NCBI RefSeq assembly: GCF_036321535.1
Contig: NC_087437.1
Coordinates: forward strand, 85,314,001-85,378,000
Length of the DNA: 64,000 bases
Direction: 5' to 3'
Origin: Camelus dromedarius
Taxonomy: Eukaryota
Shown here in pieces: positions 12,601 through 25,067 of this stretch; the stretch's first letter is position 1, and every line of letters begins with the position of its first letter. The notes below the pieces were generated by a model. The model did no database searches and was not told the DNA's origin. It was given only the letters and a program-made list of their open reading frames with translations. Made by a program: the position numbers and the translations under genes.

Positions 12601-14297
12601 TGTTTATTTTCTTCTAGAAGAGAAAATATTACCCAGAAAAGTTAAAGAACTGGTCTCAAAAACTGTATTGAACCAAAAGTTATTTAAAAATTAAGGGCTT
12701 TCGTGTCAAAAGAATGTGCTTAGAATCAATCACATTTTTAGGGTACAGTGATTCTAAAAATTAGCAAAGTATCTTATAAGCATAAATTATAATTATGAAC
12801 TGTGAGAGGGATTAGACACTAAATCTCTTATAAAATCAAAAGTTTTAGAAGATATGGAAACAGTTTGCCCAGATTAAATAATAAGCCTATATAAATAATA
12901 AGCCTATATATATAAACATATACACAGACACAGAAAGACACGTAAGTAGAAATATTTGCATACGATATTCTTTGTTCTCTTTCTATAGTCTCTCTATAGA
13001 ATGATGCCAGCGTCTTCTTCACTTTTCCCTCCAGGTAGAAATTATTTGACGCACCTTAATAGACTAGGAGGAAACATTTGAGGTATGTACTTATAATGCC
13101 TCTCACTAAATATCTTATGCCATTTTTTTCTTTTGAAAACCAAAAATATTTGTTTTTTTTTTTCATAAAAATGTCTTATGTCATAGTTATCAAACATCCT
13201 TGATTTAAAATTTTCTGTGGTAGGGAGGCTTAGACTAGAGGAGGGAGTGTTGCTAGAATTTGAGTAGAGTAAGTTAGCATACTCAGCTATCATAACCCAA
13301 TGAAAGTCATTATTGAGCTATTAGCTAGACGACAGTACAAGGAGAATTATAAACAATGTGGGAAGAAAACTGTTCTGAAGAGGAAATTAAGGAATGGATT
13401 GGTGAACAAGATTAAAAAGAGTCTGGGAAAGTTTTGAATATCAGACTATAGCTTCAGAAAGTTCCAAAATTTGGGGTAAATAAAGCCAATATTTTAGATT
13501 TATAATTTTTTAAGAACTGTGAGCAAGTATATATAAAATCTACATCTAAATAACAATGTAACTGTTAAAAGCAGTTTTAATTCATGTTTTATCTGTAAGA
13601 ACCCAATCATTTTAAAATTTGAAATTCTTTTTAATGTTTTAAATTTTGTATTCAAGGCTTTTGAATGCCCCACTTATGTAACTAAAGCCACATTTGCCCA
13701 TGAGACAACTGAGGGAAAAACAAAAACTCAGACTATGCTTTGTTTTAATAATAAAATGTTCTAGATAATTAAAATGTTTAATGTTGAAGAAGTTGACACA
13801 TAACAACATTCATACAGAATTCATAAATTCATGCGTAATACATGTCAAGCAGAAAAACTTCAGTAATTATTGTGCACAGTAAATTGAATATTGTGATGTG
13901 CAGTAAAAGAGAAAATGTAAAAAACCTGTATTTATTTAACTATACACTCATGATGAAAATGTTAAAAATCTTTCAAACTAACTCAACTTGGCTACTTTCT
14001 CAATCCTATTTTTATATATGTCTATTTTAAAAGCCTATGCACAATTTACCCTCAAGGATAAGTTGTTCTTAGTTTATTGTCAGTATATAATTTATTTGTT
14101 ATTTCTATAAAGCATACAAATTATGCTTATGGTATATATTAAATACCTAACCTTAAATAGCCACAGTAGTGTGATAGTTATAGGGCTAATTAAATGTGTT
14201 AAAAATATTCATTTAATTTCCTAATATTTAATGTAAATGAAATTTATAATGTATGTTATATAAAGTATATATAATATATATTATATATACACAAATA

Positions 14298-14320
14298 TAT
14301 GTGTGTGTGTGTGTGTGTAT
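14298..14320. repeat. (TG)n microsatellite next to a TA-rich tract
   Basis: Direct reading. Confidence 0.9.
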
Positions 14321-15257
14321 GTACAAAGACACAAATTACCAAGTTAATTTACCAAATTTCTGGAAATAGCATTGCAAAGCAGCTTCTGTACTTAGAAAAT
14401 TGAAGTTAAATATTCTCCTTCAGACCTTTTATAATCAAAGAAACATAGTAACAGATAGGTGAAAGACTGAGTCTAAAAATATTTTCTAGAAGTAATAAAA
14501 AGTGCAAGATTCACTATGATGTGGACATTTATTACATGCAGTCCATTTTTTGTGTTTCTGTTCTGTTCTTCAAAGTGTTACTTTTATGAAATATAAAAAA
14601 ATTTCTCTGCTCTCAAATATGGAGTACCATTAAATGCTTTTAGGTAATACATTATATAAAATAATGGTTGTCCTACATTTTTCCAAACATGTGGATAAAA
14701 TAAAAAATACAGTTAATCATGCAACTGTTTTTAAGCAGGTGGCAATTTGGCATCATGCAGACTAAGCATCTGGCTGATTGACTAAAATTTCACTTTTCAT
14801 AGATCTCCGCATAGCATATAAATGTGTCAGATTCCCAACATTTCTGAAAAACTGGCTGTGATGTCATGTTTTAAAATGTAGTGATGCACAAAGTGTATTT
14901 TATGACTCTAGATAAGCTATTTGAAATATTTGAGAAATATTTACCAGATTTTATTGAGGTTTTTCTCTTACAATTTTACAGGTATGGTTCCTTTGAAAAT
15001 AGATAGTTTTTTCTATTTTCTTTAACTGTATTCTGTCTATATTTAATTCTTCACTTTCTGCCTTGGACCTGATCTGTAGGCATTGATAGCTACTTTGATA
15101 TTACAACTGTTGTATCATTTCAATGACTGACTGCTTCTACCCCTCAGCAGAGAATTTAAATTTATTTAATATACCTTACAATGTTTGTCCTTCTATATTC
15201 TGGAAAGTACTTTTTATTTCTAACATTTAATTTGACTGCTTTTAAGATAATAATATA

Positions 15258-15529
15258 CAGCTGACCCTGGAACAACACAGGAATTAAGAGTGCCAACCCC
15301 TGTGCTGTGGAAAATCTGTATAAAGCCATCCCTCCCTATCTACAGCATACTGGTTCCAGGATCTGACACGGATACCAAAACCTGCAGATGCTCAGGCTCC
15401 ACAGTCAGCCTTTCTTCCACATCCTCAGATTCAATCAACAGTGAATTTTGTATTACTGCATTTATTGAAAAACATCCATGTGTAAGTTGACCTGCATGGT
15501 TCAAACCTGTGATTTTCATGTTTCAACTG
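15258..15529. mobile_element. Non-autonomous TcMar-Tigger element (Tigger2/MER8/MER2-related MITE)
   Basis: Terminal inverted repeats cagctgaccctggaacaacacagg ... cctgtgattttcatgtttcaactg, TA on both flanks, and an internal MER2-like motif tggttccagga...ggataccaaaa. Confidence 0.85.
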
Positions 15530-16404
15530 TATATTCATTATATATATTTTATATATACACATATTATAAAATATTATATGTATATAAGTGATATAAAATG
15601 TATTTTATATTACATATATGTAAAGTCACCACTAAAAATCAGAATGTAAGAGAGAATCAGAGACTATTAACCAGAAGTAACACATTTGAAAAATAACAAT
15701 TTATGGTAAATATACACTCAAATTTTTGTTTCCACATGCACACACACATACATATGCATTTTAATTTTGAACCAAATTAGACTCATATTAAATATTGTTT
15801 CAGAATACTTTTCCCTTAAAATTTTGAGATTATTTGCAGTAGTAATTCCTTTGGAAACATGTTTTTTACACCTTTGAAGGACAACATACAATTTACTATT
15901 TTCAAATACTTTACATATTCTTTTAGAGGGAGATGGGAAGAAGAGTCTAAAATGTCAAAGTAAAATGGACTTGCCATAAAATACATGTTTCGATTTAGAA
16001 AATACTTTTTCCCTTTACTAATTATACACACATTTTAAGGATATGCTACAATAAAGTATATGTTCCTTTGCATGAGAAATGGGTTTACATAGCATTCATC
16101 TTTGCAGTCCCTAGTAAGGCACAAAATAGTTGATGCAAGTTTTATTGGATAAATTAACACCCTGCTTCAGTTGTTGAATTCATCTGTGCAGATGAAAATC
16201 ACACATATTCTATTTTTTTATTTTACTATTCCAAGTGTAATCCACACTACCTGATTTTGTCACCATACTTGTTTTTATTCATTGTACAGCCAGCAAAACT
16301 ATCTCTATTCATACTATTTTGCTAATATTACTGTGTCTGTTTCTTAAACAGTAGATAGTTGTTATTTTTAATTACTGTTTTAAACAGTTTAAATTATTAT
16401 TGAT

Positions 16405-17686
16405 TAAAATCAAAGGACACTATAACACTAATAAAAACAATATGGATCACAAGAGAGTACTGTAAACATAATAATCCAACAAATTTGACAACCTAGGAGA
16501 ATTGGAGAAACATCTAGAAACAGACAAATTTCCAAGGCTGAATCATAAAGAAATGGAAAATCTGAAGATACTACTTACTAAGAACAAGATTGAATCAGTA
16601 ATCATAAAACTCAAAACAAAGATCCAGGACCAGACTGATTCACTAGTGAATTCAACTAAACAGAGAAGATTTAATAACTATACTTCTCAAACTGTTACAA
16701 AATAGTGAAAAGGAGAGCACACTTCCAAACTCATTTTACAAGACCAGCATCACCAAAACCGGACTAAGAAACTACACAAAAAGAAAATTACAGGCCAAAA
16801 TTCCCTGATGAACATAATGCAAAAATTCTCAACAAAATATTAGTAACCAAATTCAATAATCCATTGAAGGTTTTTACACCATAATATAGTAGGATTTATT
16901 CCAGGGATGCAACTATGGTTCAGCATCCGTACCTCAATCACTGTAATGCACCACATTAACAAAACAAAGGATAAAGCCATATGCTCATATCAAGAGATGC
17001 CTAAAAGTCACTTGATAATATTCAACATCTATTTATGATAAAACCACCTATGAGTTATACAGGGAATGTACTCAATATTATAAAGGCCATATATGACAAA
17101 TCCATAGCTAATATTATACTCAACAGTGAAAAGCTGAAAGTTTTTTCTCCAAGATGAGAAACAAGACAAGGATGCTCACTCACCATTTTATTCAACATAG
17201 TACTGGAAATGATAGCTGGAGCCATTAAGCAAGAAAAAAAGCATCAAAACTGGAAAGGAAGAAGTCACTATTTGCAAATGGCATGATACTGTATATAGAA
17301 AACCCTAAAGCCTCCACCAAAAACTTGTTAGAACTAATAAACCAATTCAGTGAAGTTACAGGATACAAATTAATATACAGAAATTTGTTGCATGTCTATG
17401 CACTAATGACAAACATTCCGAAAGAGAAATTAACAAAATGATTCCATTTAAAATTGTATGGAAAATAATAGAATGTCTAGGAATAAATTTAGCCAAGGAG
17501 GTGGAAGACCTGTACTCTGAAAACTAAGATCTTGATGAAATAAATTTGAAGGAGACTAAAAAAAAAATGGAAAGACATATTATGCTCATGGGCTGGAAGA
17601 ATTAATATTGTTATAACGTCCCAAAGTAATCAGCAGATTCAGTGAAATTCCAATCAGAATACCAAAGGCATCCTTCACATGGCTAG
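16405..17686 (+). mobile_element. LINE-1 ORF2 internal fragment (linker to RT), lacking both 5' and 3' ends
   Basis: aaattacaggccaa, acaagacaaggatgc and tttgcaaatggcatgat motifs. ORF 16502-16705 (MEKHLETDKFPRLNHKEMENL) is L1 ORF2-like. Confidence 0.92.
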
Positions 17687-19319
17687 ATTTTTCTTTTAAG
17701 CCTCTTGAGTGATTTTTGAGTGTTGAACAAACCTTGCATACCTATGACAAATCCTGGCATAATAAACTTTTAAATAAGTATCCACTATAAATTTTAATAA
17801 TGATTATTTGGAATACAAATGTGACAAGAAATGAAGCTTTTATTTGTACATTTACTATGATGTAGTGTGTACTAAGAACAGTAAACCCATAATGTAATCA
17901 ATTCATATTGGCCTTTTATTAGTATTCTCAATTTTACTAGGATAACTAGAAATTTGTTACTTGAAAAAGGTTAAGAAAATTAAAAGAACCTTAATGTGGA
18001 GATGATATTCAAAGTCTAGTTGCATCTATTTACAAAGTAGTTTCTAATCTGTTAGACTGAAAATAATAAGATTGAATTAGTCTGATATATTTTCACTTAA
18101 ATAACTGGCATGTCTTTTTAAATATGTTAAATCACATAAACAGATGTGCATATATATACATATATATGTTTCCATGTGAACTGAGTTAAATAATACATAA
18201 AAGATTATTTTTAACAGTGCACTTCAGATATGACTTTAATGAAGTATATTTAAGTCAACATTTGTTGCAACTGCTCTTATTGTTACTGTTGTGTTAATAT
18301 CATCATGGATGCAACGAAAGGAAAACCTGAGTCCATCTGTAGCTTAAACTAATGATCTTCAAAGTCCTCCATCCCATTCTGATTTTTCTCTTGTTAGTAA
18401 AAACATGTGAAAAATGTCACACTGGGGAGGTGAGCATCTCTTTGCTAAGGAAAGGGATTGTACTGTTGTTTTTCCTCAAAATAATATGTACTGCAAAGTA
18501 CATCCATTTTGTGTTTAGAAATTAGGATATTTATTTTAGTGAAAAGAAATTGCTTCTTCATATAGTATATTGCAGTAGAATTGTTTCAATCAAAAAGCAA
18601 TTTTAAGTCAGCAACATATTGAACTATGATTAAAGATTTATGATTCCATTAAAAGGTAATGTTATGGCTAATCCCTAATAATAAAACACTTCATAAAAGT
18701 TCAGTGTTACACACAATGAGGAATACAAACATCAAATTTTCTCACATTTTTACTGGGCTTGTGATTCGATAAATATTAACACCTGAATTTCAATAATGTA
18801 TCAGACTGATTTTAGATTTGACTGTGGAATTATGATTATCTTTCTATATATGTGCAGAATACATTTTGTGTGATACGATGTATTTACCTAGATAACTAGA
18901 TACCCTTTGAAAAATAGTGTGATGCTTTCTTTTCAATGTCTTTCAATCCTAATTCTCAAAAGGATGATTAATTTCTGTTGAAAAGTGTAGAGTATATTCA
19001 TGTCATAATGCCTTTTCTTAGCTCTAAAATATATGAAAATGCAATATAATAAATACAGATAACTGAAAAGGCATGGCCAGTTTGGGAAAAAATGGACAAA
19101 ATGCATACAGTGTTGAAATTGTGAGCCCTTGATTCATAAATATACAGTGATGGTCAAGGATTTGGCTCTGACACGATGAGACAACATGTGTGCCATGTGA
19201 GGTGGGAAAGAGGCTAACTACTTGAATATAAGAACAGGCTGTCAAGGTCCCTCAGCAAATCAGGCTGGCAGTACTGAAGAACCAGCAATTCAACAGGATA
19301 GTCCTGTTTAGCAAAGAGA

Positions 19320-19417
19320 AATACCAAATATAACGGGGCTTATTTATACTAAAATATTATCCAGTTTATCTTAATTCAGATTTAACTGGGCAACCCATAT
19401 TTTATCTGGAAACCGTA
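19320..19417. mobile_element. MER53-like hAT fragment
   Basis: ttatactaaaatattatccagtttatcttaattcagatttaactgggcaacccatatttttatctggaaaccgta matches the remembered MER53 end. Confidence 0.65.
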
Positions 19418-19559
19418 GTCCCGAAGCTACAGTTTAAAGAAACTTGTACAGCTTCAGAAATTAAAAAAAAAAAAAAATTAGGGTAACTCTGTATTTAAAG
19501 TTGCCTCCCCAATGTTACCATAGAGTAAAAAGCCCAATATTTTATTACTTTTGTAAAGC

Positions 19560-20900
19560 TATAACATTTTATCATATGTCTCAAGTCTTAAAAAGTAGGA
19601 GGCCAGGGAACAGAAACTAGTAAATTGCTGGTTAGGAGACAGTGAAAGAAAATCAATACAAAGATGAGGAAAAACTATAAATATATTAAAAAAGAAAACT
19701 TTTCCAAATGATAACAATGTGTCAAATTCTAAAATATGAAAGAAGAAAATGCTAACAAGTGAAAACAAATAACAATTAGTATGTAAATTAAATCTAGATG
19801 AAAATAATTTTATGAAGTGGTCTAATACAGAGATTAAGTTCTGTATGTTTGCATTGCCCAAATAGTAATATAAAATAATTTAAAAGAAGGCGGCATTATG
19901 AAATTAAGAATTAAATGAGTTTATGGAAAAAAGAATAATAAAAATTTAACAAATAGAAACACATATATACACATATATATGTATATACCTTGAAATGGAA
20001 GCATAATAGCACTAATTAGATAAGACACAAATGAAGAAAATCTTAGCAACTCCTCAGAGACACCTGAGGAACTTGTACTAATGCACCAAAGTGTTACGAT
20101 GTCGGCATTAGCCAAATGTTAAGAAGGTCAATGGTATAACATACAGAGACTTTGAAATAGACATTTACGTTTCAGAAAAAAGTGGAACAAATGTCAGAGT
20201 GGCAATATTTGAAGATATAATCGATGTACTACTTTGATAATTAAAGGAAAAAGTTTTTTATATTACATTTATGCTAAAAAGGTAAATAAAATATATCCGT
20301 TCCCACATCCATCACATGGAAAACTTCAAAAAAAAAAAAAAAGAATCAAGATTTGGTTTTCTGGTTGCTGGTTTTTGTTTGTTTTAAGCCATAAGAAGGA
20401 AAAGACATATCATTTGCAGGAGAAATAAAATTAATTATTCACTAAGTTGAGATACCAAATTTTTATTTTAACCAGCTGCAAAGAATGTCTGAAGAAATAC
20501 TGTGGAAAAATAACTAAAAATCTAGAATATTAGCTAAACTCTGATTCAAAACTGAGGGTAAAATTGAAACTTCATTTTAAACTCTGTGTTGACCAAGATA
20601 GCTATCCAAAAGCCATCAATAAATATAATACAAAACAAAACTAGTATATGCAATCTTCTTTAGCAAGAATAAAGGGTAAAAACACTGACTAGATTAAGAC
20701 AGTATCATAGGTAGACATGGAATTCTAGAGTAGAACTATAATTTAAAAATTGCAAGGGCATATGGCTTTGTCACTGTTTTTTTTTTTTTTTTTTTTTTCA
20801 GAAATCTCTCAAACTCAAGAAGGATAAAGAACACAAAATGCAGTCTGTATTTGCAACAGTAATAGAAAATTTATGTATTCTGATACTACATTATGTGAGG
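19560..20900 (+). mobile_element. Very old LINE-1 ORF1-region remnant
   Basis: A-rich sequence with motifs such as ggcaatatttgaagatataat and ctagaatattagctaaactctgattcaaaactgagggtaaaat. Confidence 0.5.
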
Positions 20901-21579
20901 TAAGTCTGTTAAATGGAGGCAAATTTAGATAGTGGTTTAGAAGGATGTCAACAGAAGGAATCCATGGCTGAAAATGTCACACTACTCTGATTGAGGCAAG
21001 TTCTCCAAATTAAGTGATGTAGTTTGAGATTCAAAACCAAAATTTCTTATTTAGAACAGGGAATATATATTGTGGTTATGGCAGAGTTTCCTCTTTCCAA
21101 CCTCATTTGCCATAAAGAAGCAGCAGGAAGGTGACTATGTATAAGCAATTCCATAGAGAAGTCATTTGCAAAAAGGAGGTTCTGAGGTGAGGTAGGCTGT
21201 TGGAGGGGAACCATGTTGTACTGTAAGTAGCCCATAAGCAGTTGTTTGGCAGAAATATAGATTAAGAGACTGCACTCAAACAGATGCTCTAATTTTATAA
21301 AGAAAATCTTTGCTCTACTATATGATTCTGGTCCTCCTGAAAAAAGCTGGTTCAGGAAGTAATTATACTACCTAAATACAAGTAAAATGCAAAATACCAT
21401 GCATAGGATCTATAAGACATAAGAAGAAAAGAAAAGAAAAAAACAACCACCACCAAATGGTTATGCTCATCAGAAAAAAAAAAATTGCTACAAAGAAATG
21501 TAAGCACTGTGACCAAAAATTTTGGCATTGTACTTTTAAAAAAATATGATATATCAATATGTCATTTTACTTTTGTGAA

Positions 21580-21930
21580 ATTAAAGTATAAAACAGACAT
21601 ACAAAAATCTCAAGGACAATATGTCAAACTAGAGAAATAAACTATATCCTGGTTGATCTCTGAGAAGAAACATAAGAGAAAAATCTAGGTATCTTAGAGG
21701 AAAAAGAAAAATTACCTTGAGGTAGCACAAAGGATGCAATATGGGACATGAAAGAGGGAAGTGAAAAAATTCACGAAGTAAAAAATAAATTTAAAATGAG
21801 GTAAACAACATAAAATTCAAGAAAACTTTAATGAAAATTATTGAAATCAGCAACTGAAAGGACATACTAGGTCTTAGAAAAAAAAATCAAGACTGATCCA
21901 CTTAGAACTATCTAAATAAAACTAAGAATC
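21580..21930 (+). mobile_element. Very old LINE-1 ORF1-region remnant
   Basis: aatctaggtatcttagaggaaaaagaa and actgaaaggacatactaggtc resemble L1M ORF1 sequence. Confidence 0.4.
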
Positions 21931-21964
21931 CATGGCAAAAGTAACAGAACTTTGTAGAAGTAAC

Positions 21965-22152
21965 TATGTTCTGTAATCAGTTGACTTTAGGTTAATAAAA
22001 GAAAGTTCATCTTTTTAGAGCCTGATCAAATCAGGTAATCCTCTAAAAGAAGGCATAGGGTAAGAAAGACTCTTTCCCGAAGCAAGCTTTAGCCAGCTGC
22101 AAGAAAATGAATCTTGCCAGCAGTGCGTTAAGTTAGAAGAGGATGCCAAGTC
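21965..22152 (+). mobile_element. MLT1 (MLT1E-like) MaLR LTR fragment
   Basis: taatcagttgactttaggttaataaaag...cctgatcaaatcagg and gccagctgcaagaaaatgaatcttgccagca. Confidence 0.7.
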
Positions 22153-24302
22153 CTTTGGTTAACATTGAAACAATTCTCTCCTAATTGTGCATGTTTACAA
22201 TAATTCAGGATTATTAAACAAAGCTATGATGTGGTCAGATTAAATTAAACCAACAAAGAGAACTGTTTGGATTTAATTGAATGAAATGCTAAAAATACTT
22301 TTCTAACATTTATCTTCTAGTATAGTTTCCTGCACATCAACTTATATTCCTCATTTTTTATTCCTTATTTTTTATCTTTTTTCCCCTTTTTCTGAATTAT
22401 GATCAGGCTATTTAATCTATGAGTTTCATTTATATATATATATATTTTGTTTTACAAATACGGATTGATCTAATATTTTGGGTCTTATGTAGCCATATGA
22501 AATGTTAACTAGTTACAAAAAATGTCTTTCCATAAGTCTGAAATTCATCATTTATATTTTCACCATCTCTATCATTTTATAACAATGCTTTATACCAAAA
22601 AAAAAAAAACACTAATGCATGAAGAACTGAACTGATATACTGAATAGAAAAATGTTCTGAATATTTCTAGATATATGCTCAAATTCCAGATGTTTCTGAA
22701 TGTGTATGTAGAGAACACATGATGTCTTTGATGTTCCCAAAAGTTTCAAACACAGTAAGTGCCTGATGTGAGGAAATGGGCACTCTTTGTTGACACAATG
22801 CTGATATCATGTAAATGTCTTCATACTGTATCTCATTAAGATTTCAAATGTTTCTATAGTCTTGGTCATTATTTGTTATCCTTCAGAGGAAAGTGGGTTT
22901 TAAAACTGCGTCTGAGCAGCTGTTCAAAGAAGTCACTTGAGTGGTGAGGGCTATTACTGACAGTCTCAGCATGATGATTGCATTACTGTGTGCTGGAATA
23001 TGATTTTGAAAAATGAGAAGTACTCTATCTAGGAAGAGAGAAATGACTTGCTGTTTGTTTCTGAATAACCCAGTCTGCTACATGTTGGCTGGAACAGACA
23101 CAAAAATCTTATAATGAGCATTGAAACCTCAGTAAAAAGTCTCATTAAAGCAAATTGCAGGGTATCTGAGGTTTGATATATATTTATCAAACAACTGATA
23201 GACCAATGGTCTTTGAAAAATGAAGAGATGAGTTTCAAGGGTTTAAGACTCTCATATCCATCCAGCTGTTATCAAAGGTATTTTATTATTAATCATACCT
23301 GTCTTGTTTATTTATAGAATGAGTACAGTTCAGATGCCACTTACTGTGTCTTTTCGTTGTGTCCCAGGAATTGTGTGTTAATTTTTACTTTAATCATTCA
23401 AATTTTATTTTAAATATTTAAGGAAAATACAGAACATAAACCACTACTTCTATAAATTATTGTGAAGGTAAATTACTTCTTTTAATAAAATTAAACTTTG
23501 CTTGATATATTATAAATCTATAGTTATATAATACATAGTGGTATTTTATATCTATCCTTTTTTACATACAAGTTCCATCAAAATGGTTAAGCAATTAACT
23601 TTACTAAATGGTTTAATGTTATTATATGTGCCACTGTAGGCTAATGTGACAATCATTCAAACTAGTTCAGATATTTCTTCCATTACTAAATTCTCTATTT
23701 TGTCATATCCAAAAGAAATATCAAGGTTATCTATAGCTTATCTGTATAAAAATGATTTACATGTAAAATACCATATCTATATATCTTTTTCAAGGTAAGA
23801 AATAATATATAATAACATTTCAGGGTAAAACTCTGGAATGACACTAAAGGATGAGTAAATTTCTCTCTCTCCCTGCAGTCCCTCTCTCTCTCTATACTGG
23901 GCTCCAGGGCTTCCTGTAGCATCAGTTGAGGAATTTTTTGCAGTGACATCTCAATTCACATATATAGATACACCCACTTCTTAAACACACACACATATAC
24001 ACACACGCCTAAGTTTTGTGGCTTGCCTTTTCCCTGTGAGCATTTTTATTTATGCTGAGGGTGGTTTTGGGAATGAGGAACAGTGCTCCTTGCCCTGGAG
24101 CCTTTCTCTGACATGTGTATGTGTTCATGACTGAATACCCTCTGATTAGTGCAATGCTTGGAAAATAGAGAATACACAGTGAGTACTGATGTTGAATGGT
24201 AAGTTAAATATAAGAATAAGACTAATTAAATTAAGCCATCTATTCTGTTCTCGACATTGCAAAAATTTTTTTTTCTTTTTAGATTTGGAACAGACTATTC
24301 TC

Positions 24303-24505
24303 TATTCTGTCCAATATGAAAGCCACATGTGATTACATGGATTTAAATTTATATCAATTCAAATTAAATAAAATTTAAAACATTAAATTTTTTTCAGCCT
24401 CACTGGTCACATTTCAAACGAACAAAAGCCACACAAACTACCATACTGGGTGCTCAGATTATAGAATATCCCTGCATTGCAGAAAATTCTACTGGAAAGC
24501 ACTTG
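24303..24505. mobile_element. MER3/MER33-like hAT-Charlie MITE
   Basis: ctgtccaatat...agccacatgtg ... cacatttcaa ... gcagaaaattctactggaaagcac. Confidence 0.75.
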
Positions 24506-25067
24506 TCTAGAGTTAAAGTGCCAAGGGAGTGCTGTTCTTTAAACATATTTATTTTTAGTAGAATTTTACAACATTTGAGTGACTGTTAAGATGTTTGGAT
24601 CTCAAGGAAATGTGCTCAGCACAAGTATGGTTAGTGATGGTGTTAAAAACATGTTGAATACCTAAAATTATAGTCCTTTTAAAAGAAACGCAACCTGAAT
24701 AATCCAGAAAAAAAATGCACAGATTTTTGTAAAAGACATCAAAGTTATATGGTAAATTGTCTCTGTTCAAAAAATATTCTTTAAAATTAAATGAGTACAC
24801 AAAAAACTACAAATCATTCAAATGTCACCATGATATTTCTATTAAATTTGAATTACTAAATTGAACAGCTCAGCCATTGTGTGTTCAATCTTCTCACTGC
24901 AGCTCTGAGCCCACTGAAAGGAATGCTGCTGAACAATCCAACCACATGTGAAGCCAGGAGCACATAGATACTGTGTATTTTGAGAAGAAATCTGTGCCTA
25001 GATACACTAGATGTTATAAATTATCTGTATAACAGAATGGTATATTATACACACACACACACACACA

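Noticed and set aside
12828..13293. Minus-strand ORFs (KKTLASFYRETIEREQRIS; ...YIPQMFPPSLLRCVK) as coding exons
   Set aside because: No recognisable protein, a weak donor, and splicing to the next acceptor at 12360 reaches a stop within a few codons.
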